A stretch of 14,668 bases of DNA from Thermovirgaceae bacterium (GTDB lineage Bacteria > Synergistota > Synergistia > Synergistales > Thermovirgaceae). Both the position numbers and the translations under genes were made by a program. The stretch spans positions 1 through 14,668 of the forward strand of contig JBKHBH010000047.1 in assembly GCA_046542505.1 (NCBI GenBank), read 5' to 3'. A model generated the notes under the pieces. The model was given only the letters and a program-made list of their open reading frames with translations, was not told where the DNA came from and ran no database searches. Below, piece by piece: positions 6,704 through 14,668 of the stretch; the stretch's first letter is position 1, and the number at the start of each line of letters is the position of its first letter.

Positions 6704-7201
6704 ATGTTTTTTTACTGGAAAACAGGACCTGAAGGTGAATTGTGGATTTCCCGCGCCGCCCTGAAAGATGGTCTCAGGAATGTCCTGCCGGCGGAATTCG
6801 AATGTGCCGACATTTCTTTTTCCGGCGTGGATTCCGAGGCGACTCTGGCCATTGTCGCCAGAAATCCCGAGGATAAAGGCAAAAAGGAATTCCTGACGGA
6901 GGATCTCAGGGAGTTTTTCCGGCCCCTCGGGATCGAAAGTGTCCGCGTAAACTGGGCGAGGCAGGCGTCGCTGTCGGAAAACACGACCTTGAAGACCGTC
7001 CTCGAAACCTGGGCGTCGAATCCGCTTATGTGGGGGCTTCTCGTTGGAGGTCTGGCGGTTGTCTTCCAGCTCGGTGCCGGAGGGACTCTCGTGGCCCTGT
7101 TATGGGGGCTTGCGGGGTTTCTTGTTTCGTCGCTGTTCTTGCTTGAGAGCGGCAGGGAAATTCTTCATTCCCTGAAGAAGCTTTTTCGGAAAAGAAGCTA
7201 G
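6704..7201 (+). CDS. Hypothetical membrane protein (AmaP-like soluble domain plus DUF2273-like C-terminal TM hairpin)
   Basis: GGGGTG RBS then ATG 6704 (the ORF track starts at GTG 6695). Fills the gap between asp23 and nusB. Two Gly-rich C-terminal TM helices and a basic tail. Domain assignments are by eye and synteny only. Confidence 0.7.
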   Translation: MFFYWKTGPEGELWISRAALKDGLRNVLPAEFECADISFSGVDSEATLAIVARNPEDKGKKEFLTEDLREFFRPLGIESVRVNWARQASLSENTTLKTVLETWASNPLMWGLLVGGLAVVFQLGAGGTLVALLWGLAGFLVSSLFLLESGREILHSLKKLFRKRS

Positions 7202-7219
7202 AACCGGAGTGTGTGTTCC

Positions 7220-7657
7220 TTGAAAAAGGGCTTGCTGCCGCAGAAGCGGCGACGATCGCGTGAAATAGCCCTGCAGGTGTTGTATTCACTGGACATCCGC
7301 GATGATGCGTCAGTGGAGGATGCCATATCCCTCTTTCCTTTTTCGGAGGAGGACCCCGAAGTCACCAGCTACGCACAGGTCTTGATCAGGGGTGTCATCG
7401 ACAGAAACGCCGACATCGACCGCCTGTTGCGGACGTACATCACGGGATGGCGCCCCGAGCGGATGGTCGTCGTCGATCGGGTGTCCATACGGCTTGCCCT
7501 TTATGAAGGTGTCATTATAGGCCGAATTCCCCTTGCCGTGGCCATATCCGAGGCAGTTGAACTGGCGAAGCGTTTCGGGACGGACGAATCGGGCCGTTTC
7601 GTCAACGGCGTCCTGGGAAGAATCGTTCGGGGGCTTCAAGATGATACCAACCCTTGA
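7220..7657 (+). CDS. nusB: Transcription antitermination factor NusB
   Basis: KRRRSREIALQVLY, GWRPERM..VDR..RLALYE, VAISEAVELAKRFG, FVNGVLG. GGAG at 7206-7209 favours TTG 7220 over GTG 7211. Confidence 0.96.
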   Translation: MKKGLLPQKRRRSREIALQVLYSLDIRDDASVEDAISLFPFSEEDPEVTSYAQVLIRGVIDRNADIDRLLRTYITGWRPERMVVVDRVSIRLALYEGVIIGRIPLAVAISEAVELAKRFGTDESGRFVNGVLGRIVRGLQDDTNP

Positions 7658-8867
7658 CGTCGATGATCTCACGCGCCGGATCACGTCCCTTTTCGAAACG
7701 GACGGGCTCTTGCGGTCCGTGAGGATACAGGGCGAGATTCTGGATTTCAAAAGGCACAGCTCGGGGCATGTGTATTTCAGCCTCATCGGAAAGGAAAGCC
7801 GCATCTCCTGCGTGCTGTTCAGATCAGATGCTGCTGGAATTCCCAAGTGGCCCCAAAAGGGTGACGAGGTCTTCGCCGAGGGGCGCGTTTCCGTCTATGG
7901 AGCAAGAGGAGTCTACCAGCTTTATGCCAGAAAGCTTTTACCCATCGGGCAGGGAGCCAAGGCGCGGGCAAAGGAGGAACTCCGTGCGCGACTGGAGACA
8001 GAGGGCCTCTTTGACCCGAGACTCAAACGTCCCCTACCGGAATTTCCCTTTCGGGCGGCGGTTGTGACGTCGCCGACGGGAGCGGCAGTCAGGGATGTTG
8101 TCAAGGTTTCGTCGGCCCGTTTCCCGCAGTGCGAGCTCATCATCGTCCCGACCCAGGTTCAGGGGGCGGAAGCACCGGCGCTCATTGCTCGTGCCTTGAG
8201 AAGGATCAGGTACCTGGATGGCCTGTCCGTGGTGATCCTGGCCAGGGGGGGCGGAAGCCGTGATGACCTCAACCCTTTCGATGAAGAGGACGTGGTCAGG
8301 GCGGTCCGGCTCTGCCCGGTTCCGGTGGTGACAGGTCTCGGGCACGAAACCGACACGACACTGGCCGACCTTGCGGCCGACTCGGCGGCCGCCACTCCGT
8401 CAGCGGCCGCAGAACGGGCCTTCCCGGATAAAAAATCCCTGGAGGAGCGTGTCATAGCCCTGAAGGCGTCGGCAGCCGCCTCGATTCAAGCGAAGCTGGA
8501 ACGACTGGGCGCAAGGATATTGCAAAACAAGGCGTCGCTGGTTTCCTTCACCAGGGACCGCAGCTGCAGCAGGGCATCCTCTGAGCTCGCCTCGCTGGAA
8601 AAGGACATGGAAAGAGGTCTCAGGCGCTCCCACTCATTGTGGAAATCCCGGCTCGAGCAGCAAAGTCATGCTCTTGATGTTCTCTCGCCCCTGAAGGTTC
8701 TGGCGAGAGGGTACGCCTCATGCGTGACGGGCGATGGATGGCCTCTCGTGAGTGTGGAACAGCTCGGCCTTGAAGACCCCTTTTCGGTCCAGCTCAAAGA
8801 CGGAAATCTTGAGGCTTCGGTGACCGGGAAGCAGCCCGTGAATCGTTCGAAAAAGGAGAAGGACTGA
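7641..8867 (+). CDS. xseA: Exodeoxyribonuclease VII large subunit
   Basis: ATG 7641 overlapping the nusB end. OB fold (GEILDFKRHSSGHVYFSL), VVTSPTGAAVRD, VQG, ARGGGS..DL..F, GLGHETD, ATPSAAAE, LSPLKVLARGY. Confidence 0.96.
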   Translation: MIPTLDVDDLTRRITSLFETDGLLRSVRIQGEILDFKRHSSGHVYFSLIGKESRISCVLFRSDAAGIPKWPQKGDEVFAEGRVSVYGARGVYQLYARKLLPIGQGAKARAKEELRARLETEGLFDPRLKRPLPEFPFRAAVVTSPTGAAVRDVVKVSSARFPQCELIIVPTQVQGAEAPALIARALRRIRYLDGLSVVILARGGGSRDDLNPFDEEDVVRAVRLCPVPVVTGLGHETDTTLADLAADSAAATPSAAAERAFPDKKSLEERVIALKASAAASIQAKLERLGARILQNKASLVSFTRDRSCSRASSELASLEKDMERGLRRSHSLWKSRLEQQSHALDVLSPLKVLARGYASCVTGDGWPLVSVEQLGLEDPFSVQLKDGNLEASVTGKQPVNRSKKEKD

Positions 8868-8868
8868 C

Positions 8869-9894
8869 ATGTTGCCTGAAACCGTCTCATGGAAAGGTGA
8901 CCACCTCGACATACTGGACCAGAGGAAACTTCCCGGAAAGGTTTCCTTCCTGGAATGCGTGTCGGTGGAAGATGTGGCGCAGGCCATAGAGACCCTTGCG
9001 GTCAGGGGAGCGCCGGCGATAGGGATCGCCGCGGCCTACGGCATGGTGTTGGCGAACCCGGAGAACCAAAACGAGCTGGATCAGGCCCTCAGACGTCTTC
9101 AGAGGACCCGCCCGACGGCGGTGAACCTCTTTTGGGCCCTCAACCGGATGAAAAGGCGGGCCGAAAAACAGGGATTTTGCCGCGAGGACCTGCTGGAAGA
9201 AGCGCGGGCCATTCACAGGGAGGACATCGAGACGAACCGCCGGATCGGATTTTGGGGCCAGACGCTTCTTCCCGATGAAGCCGTGGTCATGACCCATTGC
9301 AATGCCGGAGCCCTTGCGACGGGAGGATACGGTACGGCCCTGGGCGTTATCAGGGCCGCGAGGGAACAGAAAAAAAGCGTCTCCGTTTTTGCCTGCGAGG
9401 CGCGTCCCGTCCTGCAGGGCGCACGGCTGACAGCCTGGGAGCTCGCTGTGGACGGGTTCGACGTGACGTTGATCTGTGACGGCGCGGCGGCCTGGGTAAT
9501 GAAAAGCGCGCGGCCTGATGCTGTTATCGTCGGTGCCGACAGGATTGCGGCCAACGGAGACACGGCCAACAAGATCGGCACCTACGCCCTTGCGCTGGCG
9601 GCGGACCGGCACGGGATACCTTTTTATGTGGCCGCCCCGTCAAGCACGATAGACATCACGTGCACCGGCGGTGATGATATCCCCATAGAAACCCGCAAGG
9701 CGGAGGAGATCCGACGTTTGCCGGAAAGCGGGCTGGTTCCTGAACAGGTCGAAGTGTACAACCCCGCCTTTGACGTGACTCCCGCATCGTTGGTCACTGC
9801 CTTTTTCACGGAGACCGGAGTCCTGAAACCGCCTTACGGGGTGTCGATCCGCCGTTGCCTTGAACAGGCGGCGCAAGGGAAAGGGACGAACTGA
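8869..9894 (+). CDS. mtnA: S-methyl-5-thioribose-1-phosphate isomerase
   Basis: [68 protein letters not shown]. Confidence 0.95.
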   Translation: MLPETVSWKGDHLDILDQRKLPGKVSFLECVSVEDVAQAIETLAVRGAPAIGIAAAYGMVLANPENQNELDQALRRLQRTRPTAVNLFWALNRMKRRAEKQGFCREDLLEEARAIHREDIETNRRIGFWGQTLLPDEAVVMTHCNAGALATGGYGTALGVIRAAREQKKSVSVFACEARPVLQGARLTAWELAVDGFDVTLICDGAAAWVMKSARPDAVIVGADRIAANGDTANKIGTYALALAADRHGIPFYVAAPSSTIDITCTGGDDIPIETRKAEEIRRLPESGLVPEQVEVYNPAFDVTPASLVTAFFTETGVLKPPYGVSIRRCLEQAAQGKGTN

Positions 9895-9907
9895 AAGGAG
9901 AAACCCC

Positions 9908-11152
9908 ATGACTGATTACAGGATTGCAGACCCTGAACTCGCTGAACAGGGGATGAACAAGATTGAATGGGCCCTTCAGTTCATGCCTGTTCTTCAGCAC
10001 TTCGGCGACGAATACGTCGACGCGAAGCCCCTGCAGGGAATGCGCATCGCCACTTGCCTGCACCTCGAGGCCAAGACGGCTTGCCTTCTGGCCACTCTGA
10101 GACGTCTCGGCGCGGAGGTTTCCGCAGCCGGCAGCAACCCCCTTTCGACCCAGGACGATGTCTGTGCTGCCCTGGTCAAGCTCGGGGTGCACGTCTTCAG
10201 TCGGCGCGGCATGACCGATGAAGAATATTTCGACAATCTCGGCAGCGCCCTGGACATCGGGCCCCGGATCGTCATTGACGATGGGGCCGACATGATCGCC
10301 ATGCTGCATTCGACACGAAAGGATCTTTTGGGCGATATCAAGGGAGGAGCCGAGGAGACCACCACGGGGATCACCCGCATACGGGCCATGGAGGCCGAAG
10401 GGACCCTGGCCTTTCCCGTCATCGCCGTGAACGACGCCTCGAGCAAGTACCTTTTTGACAATCGCTACGGGACCGGCCAGTCCGTCATGGACGGTATCAT
10501 GCGGACCACGAACGCCCTGATCGCCGGGAAGAACTTCGTCGTCGCGGGATACGGCTGGTGCGGCAGAGGGGTGGCCATGCGGGCGTCAGCCATGGGTGCC
10601 AGGGTGATCGTCGTCGAGGTGGACCCTCATCGTGCCTTTGAAGCCGTCATGGACGGCCATGCCGTCATGTCCATGACGGAAGCCGCGGCCCTGGGGGATA
10701 TCTTCCTTACCCTGACGGGAAACACGGGAGTCCTTCGCAAGGAGCATTTCGCCGCCATGAAAGACGGAGCCATCCTCGGTAATGCAGGGCATTTCGACGT
10801 GGAGGTCTCCAGACCCGACCTGGAAAGCCTCGCCTCGGACATCCGCAGGACCCGCACAAACATCACCAGCTACGTCATGGAGGACGGCCGGAAGATCCAC
10901 CTTCTTGCGGAAGGAAGGCTCGTTAACCTCGCCGCTGCAGACGGGCATCCCATAGAAATCATGGACCTGAGCTTTTCCATCCAGCTTCTGAGCGCACTGC
11001 ATGTGGCAAAAAACCGGCTTGAAGCAGGCCTTCATGCAGTTCCGCCGGAAATCGACAGGGCTGTCGTCGAAGTAAAGCTCAAGACCATGGGAATCAGTCT
11101 GGAGCGGGTGACGGATGCGCAGAAAGACTACATGAACTCCTGGAAGGAATGA
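9908..11152 (+). CDS. ahcY: Adenosylhomocysteinase family enzyme (likely accepts S-inosylhomocysteine)
   Basis: GAAAGGAG RBS then ATG 9908. [46 protein letters not shown] (NAD binding), NAGHFD, EGRLVNL, GHP. Confidence 0.96.
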   Translation: MTDYRIADPELAEQGMNKIEWALQFMPVLQHFGDEYVDAKPLQGMRIATCLHLEAKTACLLATLRRLGAEVSAAGSNPLSTQDDVCAALVKLGVHVFSRRGMTDEEYFDNLGSALDIGPRIVIDDGADMIAMLHSTRKDLLGDIKGGAEETTTGITRIRAMEAEGTLAFPVIAVNDASSKYLFDNRYGTGQSVMDGIMRTTNALIAGKNFVVAGYGWCGRGVAMRASAMGARVIVVEVDPHRAFEAVMDGHAVMSMTEAAALGDIFLTLTGNTGVLRKEHFAAMKDGAILGNAGHFDVEVSRPDLESLASDIRRTRTNITSYVMEDGRKIHLLAEGRLVNLAAADGHPIEIMDLSFSIQLLSALHVAKNRLEAGLHAVPPEIDRAVVEVKLKTMGISLERVTDAQKDYMNSWKE

Positions 11153-11168
11153 ATTGGGGGTGAGCGCG

Positions 11169-12464
11169 ATGAAAACCCTTTTCAAAGACGTGGTGTATCT
11201 TGATGGTTTCATGGACCAGGCCACCCGGGGAGACCTGCTCGTTTCGGGGAAGGTCATCGAAAAGGCAGGGGAGGTCCCCGGACCAAACGCCAAAGGTGCG
11301 GAAATTGTCAAGTGCGAGGGGAGGAAAGCCCTCCTCCCGGGCTTTGTCAATAGTCACACCCATGCGGCAATGACGCTTCTGAGAGGACTCGGGGAGGAAA
11401 GACCCCTCAAGGAATGGCTCGAGGAGCGCATCTGGCCCGTCGAGGCATGTCTGACAGCCGAAGACATCGGCCTGGGCACGGTTTCGGCGATACTTGAAAT
11501 GGCGAAAACAGGAACCACCTGTTTCGCCGACATGTATTTCCAGATGCAGGAAGTCGGACATGTCGCCCTCGAGGCGGGGATGCGGTGCGGCCTTTCAAGG
11601 GGGATTATCGGCGAGAACGAGAATTCGCTGGAGGATGGACTGAGCCTGACGGAGCATTTCGCCGGCGAGGATCTCATCACCGTTCAGCTGGCCCCTCATG
11701 CCCCCTATACGGTTCCCCTTGATTTTTTCAAGAAGGTGGCGAAAGAGGCTTCAGCGCAGGGCGTCAGGATCCATACCCATTTTCTCGAGGCGCCCTGGGA
11801 ACGGGGGCAGCTGGAGGATGATCTGGGTCTTGACCCGGTATCTTTTTTGGAAAGCTCGGGTGTCCTGGACGCGCCGGGCGCGATCCTGGCCCACTGCGTT
11901 TGGCTTGAGCCTGAAGAGGCGGCAAAACTGGCGGGAACGTCCGTCACCATTGCCCATACTCCGGCGAGCAACCTGAAGCTGGGAAGCGGAATCGCGCCCC
12001 TGGCGGTCTTTCTGGAAAAGGGAGACTCAGTGTCGCTTGGTACCGATGGAGCGGCAAGCAATAACCGCCTCGACATGTGGGGCGAGATGCGCCTTGCCGC
12101 GTTGCTGGGCAAGGGATCAATCCGGGATCCCCTTTGCTGCAAGGCAGCCGAGGTTCTCAGAATGGCCACCTTCGAGGGAGCCAGGGCCCTGGGATTTGAT
12201 AAATGCGGGCGCATACAGGAAGGATGGATGGCTGACCTGGTCCTTGTCGATCTGGACCAGCCCCACTACATCGGCTGGGAACCGGCGACCCTTGGCCAGT
12301 TCCTCGTTTACGCCGGGAGTTCCGCCGACATCCTCGGGACCATGGTTGCCGGGAGATGGGTCTATAAGGACGGGACCTGGCCGGGAATCGATGCCCCGAA
12401 GGTAATCCGCAGGACCGCCGAGGCACGGGACGCACTTCGGCTTCGGGCGCAGGGTCGCCGATGA
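11169..12464 (+). CDS. mtaD: 5'-methylthioadenosine/S-adenosylhomocysteine deaminase (amidohydrolase family)
   Basis: GGGGGTG RBS then ATG 11169. PGFVNSHTHAAMTLLRG, GTTCFADMYF, APHAPYT, HTHFLE, AHCVW, SNLKLGSG, GTDGAASNN. Adjacent to ahcY and mtnA. Confidence 0.88.
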   Translation: MKTLFKDVVYLDGFMDQATRGDLLVSGKVIEKAGEVPGPNAKGAEIVKCEGRKALLPGFVNSHTHAAMTLLRGLGEERPLKEWLEERIWPVEACLTAEDIGLGTVSAILEMAKTGTTCFADMYFQMQEVGHVALEAGMRCGLSRGIIGENENSLEDGLSLTEHFAGEDLITVQLAPHAPYTVPLDFFKKVAKEASAQGVRIHTHFLEAPWERGQLEDDLGLDPVSFLESSGVLDAPGAILAHCVWLEPEEAAKLAGTSVTIAHTPASNLKLGSGIAPLAVFLEKGDSVSLGTDGAASNNRLDMWGEMRLAALLGKGSIRDPLCCKAAEVLRMATFEGARALGFDKCGRIQEGWMADLVLVDLDQPHYIGWEPATLGQFLVYAGSSADILGTMVAGRWVYKDGTWPGIDAPKVIRRTAEARDALRLRAQGRR

Positions 12465-12470
12465 TATAAT
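12462..12470 (+). promoter_or_regulatory. Extended -10 promoter (TGnTATAAT) for alaS
   Basis: TGATATAAT at 12462-12470. The TGA is the mtaD stop codon. No good -35 element. Confidence 0.65.
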
Positions 12471-12553
12471 CGCAGTCATACAATTTTCGGGACATTTTCC
12501 CGGAACGGAAGCCGGGCGGGCCCCGGAGATTTTCGCCGGAGGGAGTCATGCTC

Positions 12554-14668
12554 ATGGAATACAGAAGCGGAAAGCAGCTTCGGGAACTTTTTCTCTCTTA
12601 CTTCGAACAGAGAGGGCACAGGCGTTTTCCGAGTTTTTCACTCGTGCCTGATGATCCCACGATCCTTTTTACTATCGCGGGAATGGTACCTTTCAAACCC
12701 TATTTTCTCGGCCAGAAGACCCCGGAGATGTCTCGGGCCGTAACGTCTCAGAAATGTGTCCGCACCAACGATATAGACAATGTGGGGCGTACAGCGCGGC
12801 ATCACACGTTCTTTGAAATGCTCGGGAACTTCAGCTTCGGCGACTACTTCAAGGCCGAAGCCGCGCCCTTCGCCTGGGAATTCCTGACAGAGGTCATCGG
12901 TCTTGACCCCGACAGGCTTTATCCCACCATTTACGTTGATGACGACGAGGCCTTCGAGATCTGGAACAGATCCGTGGGTGTTCCGAAAGAGAGGATATAC
13001 AGGCTCGGGGCGGAGGACAATTTCTGGTCCGTAGGTCCCGTCGGCCCGTGCGGTCCCTGTTCCGAGCTCATCTATGACCAGGGACCGGCCTTTTCCTGCG
13101 GAAAGCCCGAATGCGATGTCGGATGCGAGTGCGACAGGTACCTGGAGATCTGGAACCTCGTGTTCATGCAGTACAACAGGGATGAAAAGGGAAACATGGA
13201 GCCGCTGCCGAAGCAGAACATCGACACCGGCATGGGCCTCGAACGCCTTGCCTCGGTGGTGCAGCAGGTAAAGGGAGACTTCGAGACGGACCTCTTCCGG
13301 CCTCTTGTCGACCGTGCTGCCGCCGTCATGGGTATCCGTTACGGCGCCACCCCTGAAGGGGATATGGCCCTGCGGGTCATATCGGACCATTTCAGGGCAA
13401 TGGCGTTCATGATCGCCGACGGCGTCCTGCCCTCCAACGAGGGCCGTGGCTACGTTCTCCGCAGAATTCTGAGACGGGCCGTGCGGTACGGTCGAATGAC
13501 CGGCATTGACAGACCCTTTTTGACGGAGCTCATGCCGACTCTGAAAGATCTCATGGCGGAACCTTACGAGGAACTCGTCGAGAGCGAAAGCCTCATCAGC
13601 CAGGTCCTCGAACAGGAAGAGCGACGCTTCGGACGCACCCTCGAACAGGGGACGAACCTCCTGGAAGGTGAGCTTGACTCGCTTGAAAGGAAAAAAGGCA
13701 GGACCCTGGACGGGGAACTGGCCTTCGAACTGTATGATACCTATGGGTTTCCCTTCGAGCTCACGGAGGAGATTTGCGCCGAGAAAGGGATTTCGGTGGA
13801 CCGGAAAGGTTTTGAAAGAGCCATGGAGCGGCAGCGGGAACGGGCCCGTGCGCACAGCAAGCGTCAGGCAGCCCCGGGAGCCTCGAATCTTTACGAGAAG
13901 CTTCTCGAGAAGTCAGGATCTACGGAATTCGTGGGCTATACGTCGGAAGAAACGGAAGCTGTTGTCAGGGCGGTTTTTTCGAACGGAGAGGAAGCATCCC
14001 TCCTCGAAGAAGGGCAAGAGGGAGAAGTCGTCCTGGAAACCACGCCCTTTTACGCCGAAAGGGGCGGACAGGTGGGCGATACGGGCCGGCTCGCCTGGGA
14101 AGGCGGAGAAGCGCTCGTTTCGGATACCTACCCTGGAGCTCAGGAACTGACGGTTCAGAAGGTGAAGGTCCTTTCAGGGCTGTTAAAGGCGGGAAGCGAA
14201 GTGAAGGCCGCCGTTGACGGAAAGCGCCGACGGAAAATCAAGGCCCACCATACGGCCACTCATATCCTTCACGAGGCCCTCATCAGGGTCCTGGGTGATC
14301 ACGTGAAACAGGCGGGATCCCTCGTGACTCCCGATTTCCTGCGATTCGACTTCACCCATGTCAAACCCCTGAGCGACGAGGAAATAGAGGCCGCAGAAGC
14401 CGTCATGTTCGAGACCGTTACCGACAATACACCGCTCCAGGTTCTTCGCACAAGTGTGGACGAAGCCAAAAAGCTCGGCGCCAAGGCGCTGTTCGACGAA
14501 AAATACGGAGAAGAGGTGCGGGTAGTCAGAATCCCCGGCTACAGCGCCGAACTCTGCGGAGGCACCCATGTGGATGCCACCGGAGATATCGGCATGGTGA
14601 AGATCGTCAGGGAAGAAGGCATTGGGTCCGGCCTGCGTCGTATCACCGCCGTTGCCCATGAGAAAGCC
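12554..14668 (+). CDS. alaS: Alanine--tRNA ligase (runs off the 3' end of the window)
   Basis: Not in the ORF track because there is no stop in the window. GGAGGGAG RBS then ATG 12554: MEYRSGKQLRELFLSYFE..SLVPDDPTILFTIAGMVPFK, RHHTFFEMLGNFSFGDYFK, GPCGPCSE, EIWNLVFMQY, IDTGMGLER, LYDTYGFP, TPFYAERGGQVGDTG, HTATH, ELCGGTH, GLRRITAV. Start and end are in the same frame. Confidence 0.98.
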   Translation, partial: MEYRSGKQLRELFLSYFEQRGHRRFPSFSLVPDDPTILFTIAGMVPFKPYFLGQKTPEMSRAVTSQKCVRTNDIDNVGRTARHHTFFEMLGNFSFGDYFKAEAAPFAWEFLTEVIGLDPDRLYPTIYVDDDEAFEIWNRSVGVPKERIYRLGAEDNFWSVGPVGPCGPCSELIYDQGPAFSCGKPECDVGCECDRYLEIWNLVFMQYNRDEKGNMEPLPKQNIDTGMGLERLASVVQQVKGDFETDLFRPLVDRAAAVMGIRYGATPEGDMALRVISDHFRAMAFMIADGVLPSNEGRGYVLRRILRRAVRYGRMTGIDRPFLTELMPTLKDLMAEPYEELVESESLISQVLEQEERRFGRTLEQGTNLLEGELDSLERKKGRTLDGELAFELYDTYGFPFELTEEICAEKGISVDRKGFERAMERQRERARAHSKRQAAPGASNLYEKLLEKSGSTEFVGYTSEETEAVVRAVFSNGEEASLLEEGQEGEVVLETTPFYAERGGQVGDTGRLAWEGGEALVSDTYPGAQELTVQKVKVLSGLLKAGSEVKAAVDGKRRRKIKAHHTATHILHEALIRVLGDHVKQAGSLVTPDFLRFDFTHVKPLSDEEIEAAEAVMFETVTDNTPLQVLRTSVDEAKKLGAKALFDEKYGEEVRVVRIPGYSAELCGGTHVDATGDIGMVKIVREEGIGSGLRRITAVAHEKA

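Noticed and set aside
12465..12553. T-box riboswitch upstream of alaS, or SAM/SAH riboswitch upstream of mtnA or ahcY
   Set aside because: Intergenic spaces are too short (89, 1 and 13 nt). No T-box consensus or terminator is present.
12638..13855. 405-aa minus-strand ORF
   Set aside because: Antisense shadow of alaS in a GC-rich genome, with no recognisable motifs. The + strand carries all AlaRS motifs.
1..14668. CRISPR arrays, tRNA/rRNA, IS elements, integrases, DGR or shufflon repeats
   Set aside because: The window is almost entirely coding with short spacers. By eye I saw no repeat arrays, recombinase, transposase or reverse transcriptase genes.

Overview
The window is a single-strand (+) run of chromosomal genes from a roughly 60% GC diderm anaerobe. 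The pilin N-terminus, a secretin sitting in Firmicutes-like synteny and the EF-P type are consistent with Synergistota, but this is inference. Gene order: a 5'-truncated type IV pilin with an AT-rich, very acidic C-terminal domain; a pilM-pilN-pilO-pilP-like-pilQ alignment/secretin operon; efp; a CD1247-like zinc-ribbon protein; an Asp23/Gls24 protein; a membrane protein that looks like an AmaP-domain/DUF2273 fusion; nusB; xseA (no xseB); an SAM by-product salvage trio mtnA-ahcY-mtaD; and a 3'-truncated alaS that the ORF track misses. I found no mobile element, CRISPR array or RNA gene, and nothing that is demonstrably a new system. The best leads are a deamination-first SAH/MTA salvage route (HxExK-type hydrolase beside MtaD), a compositionally foreign pilin variable domain, a divergent T4P alignment complex with T2SS-like traits, an Arg-tipped EF-P, the AmaP/DUF2273 fusion and a possible attenuator upstream of nusB.
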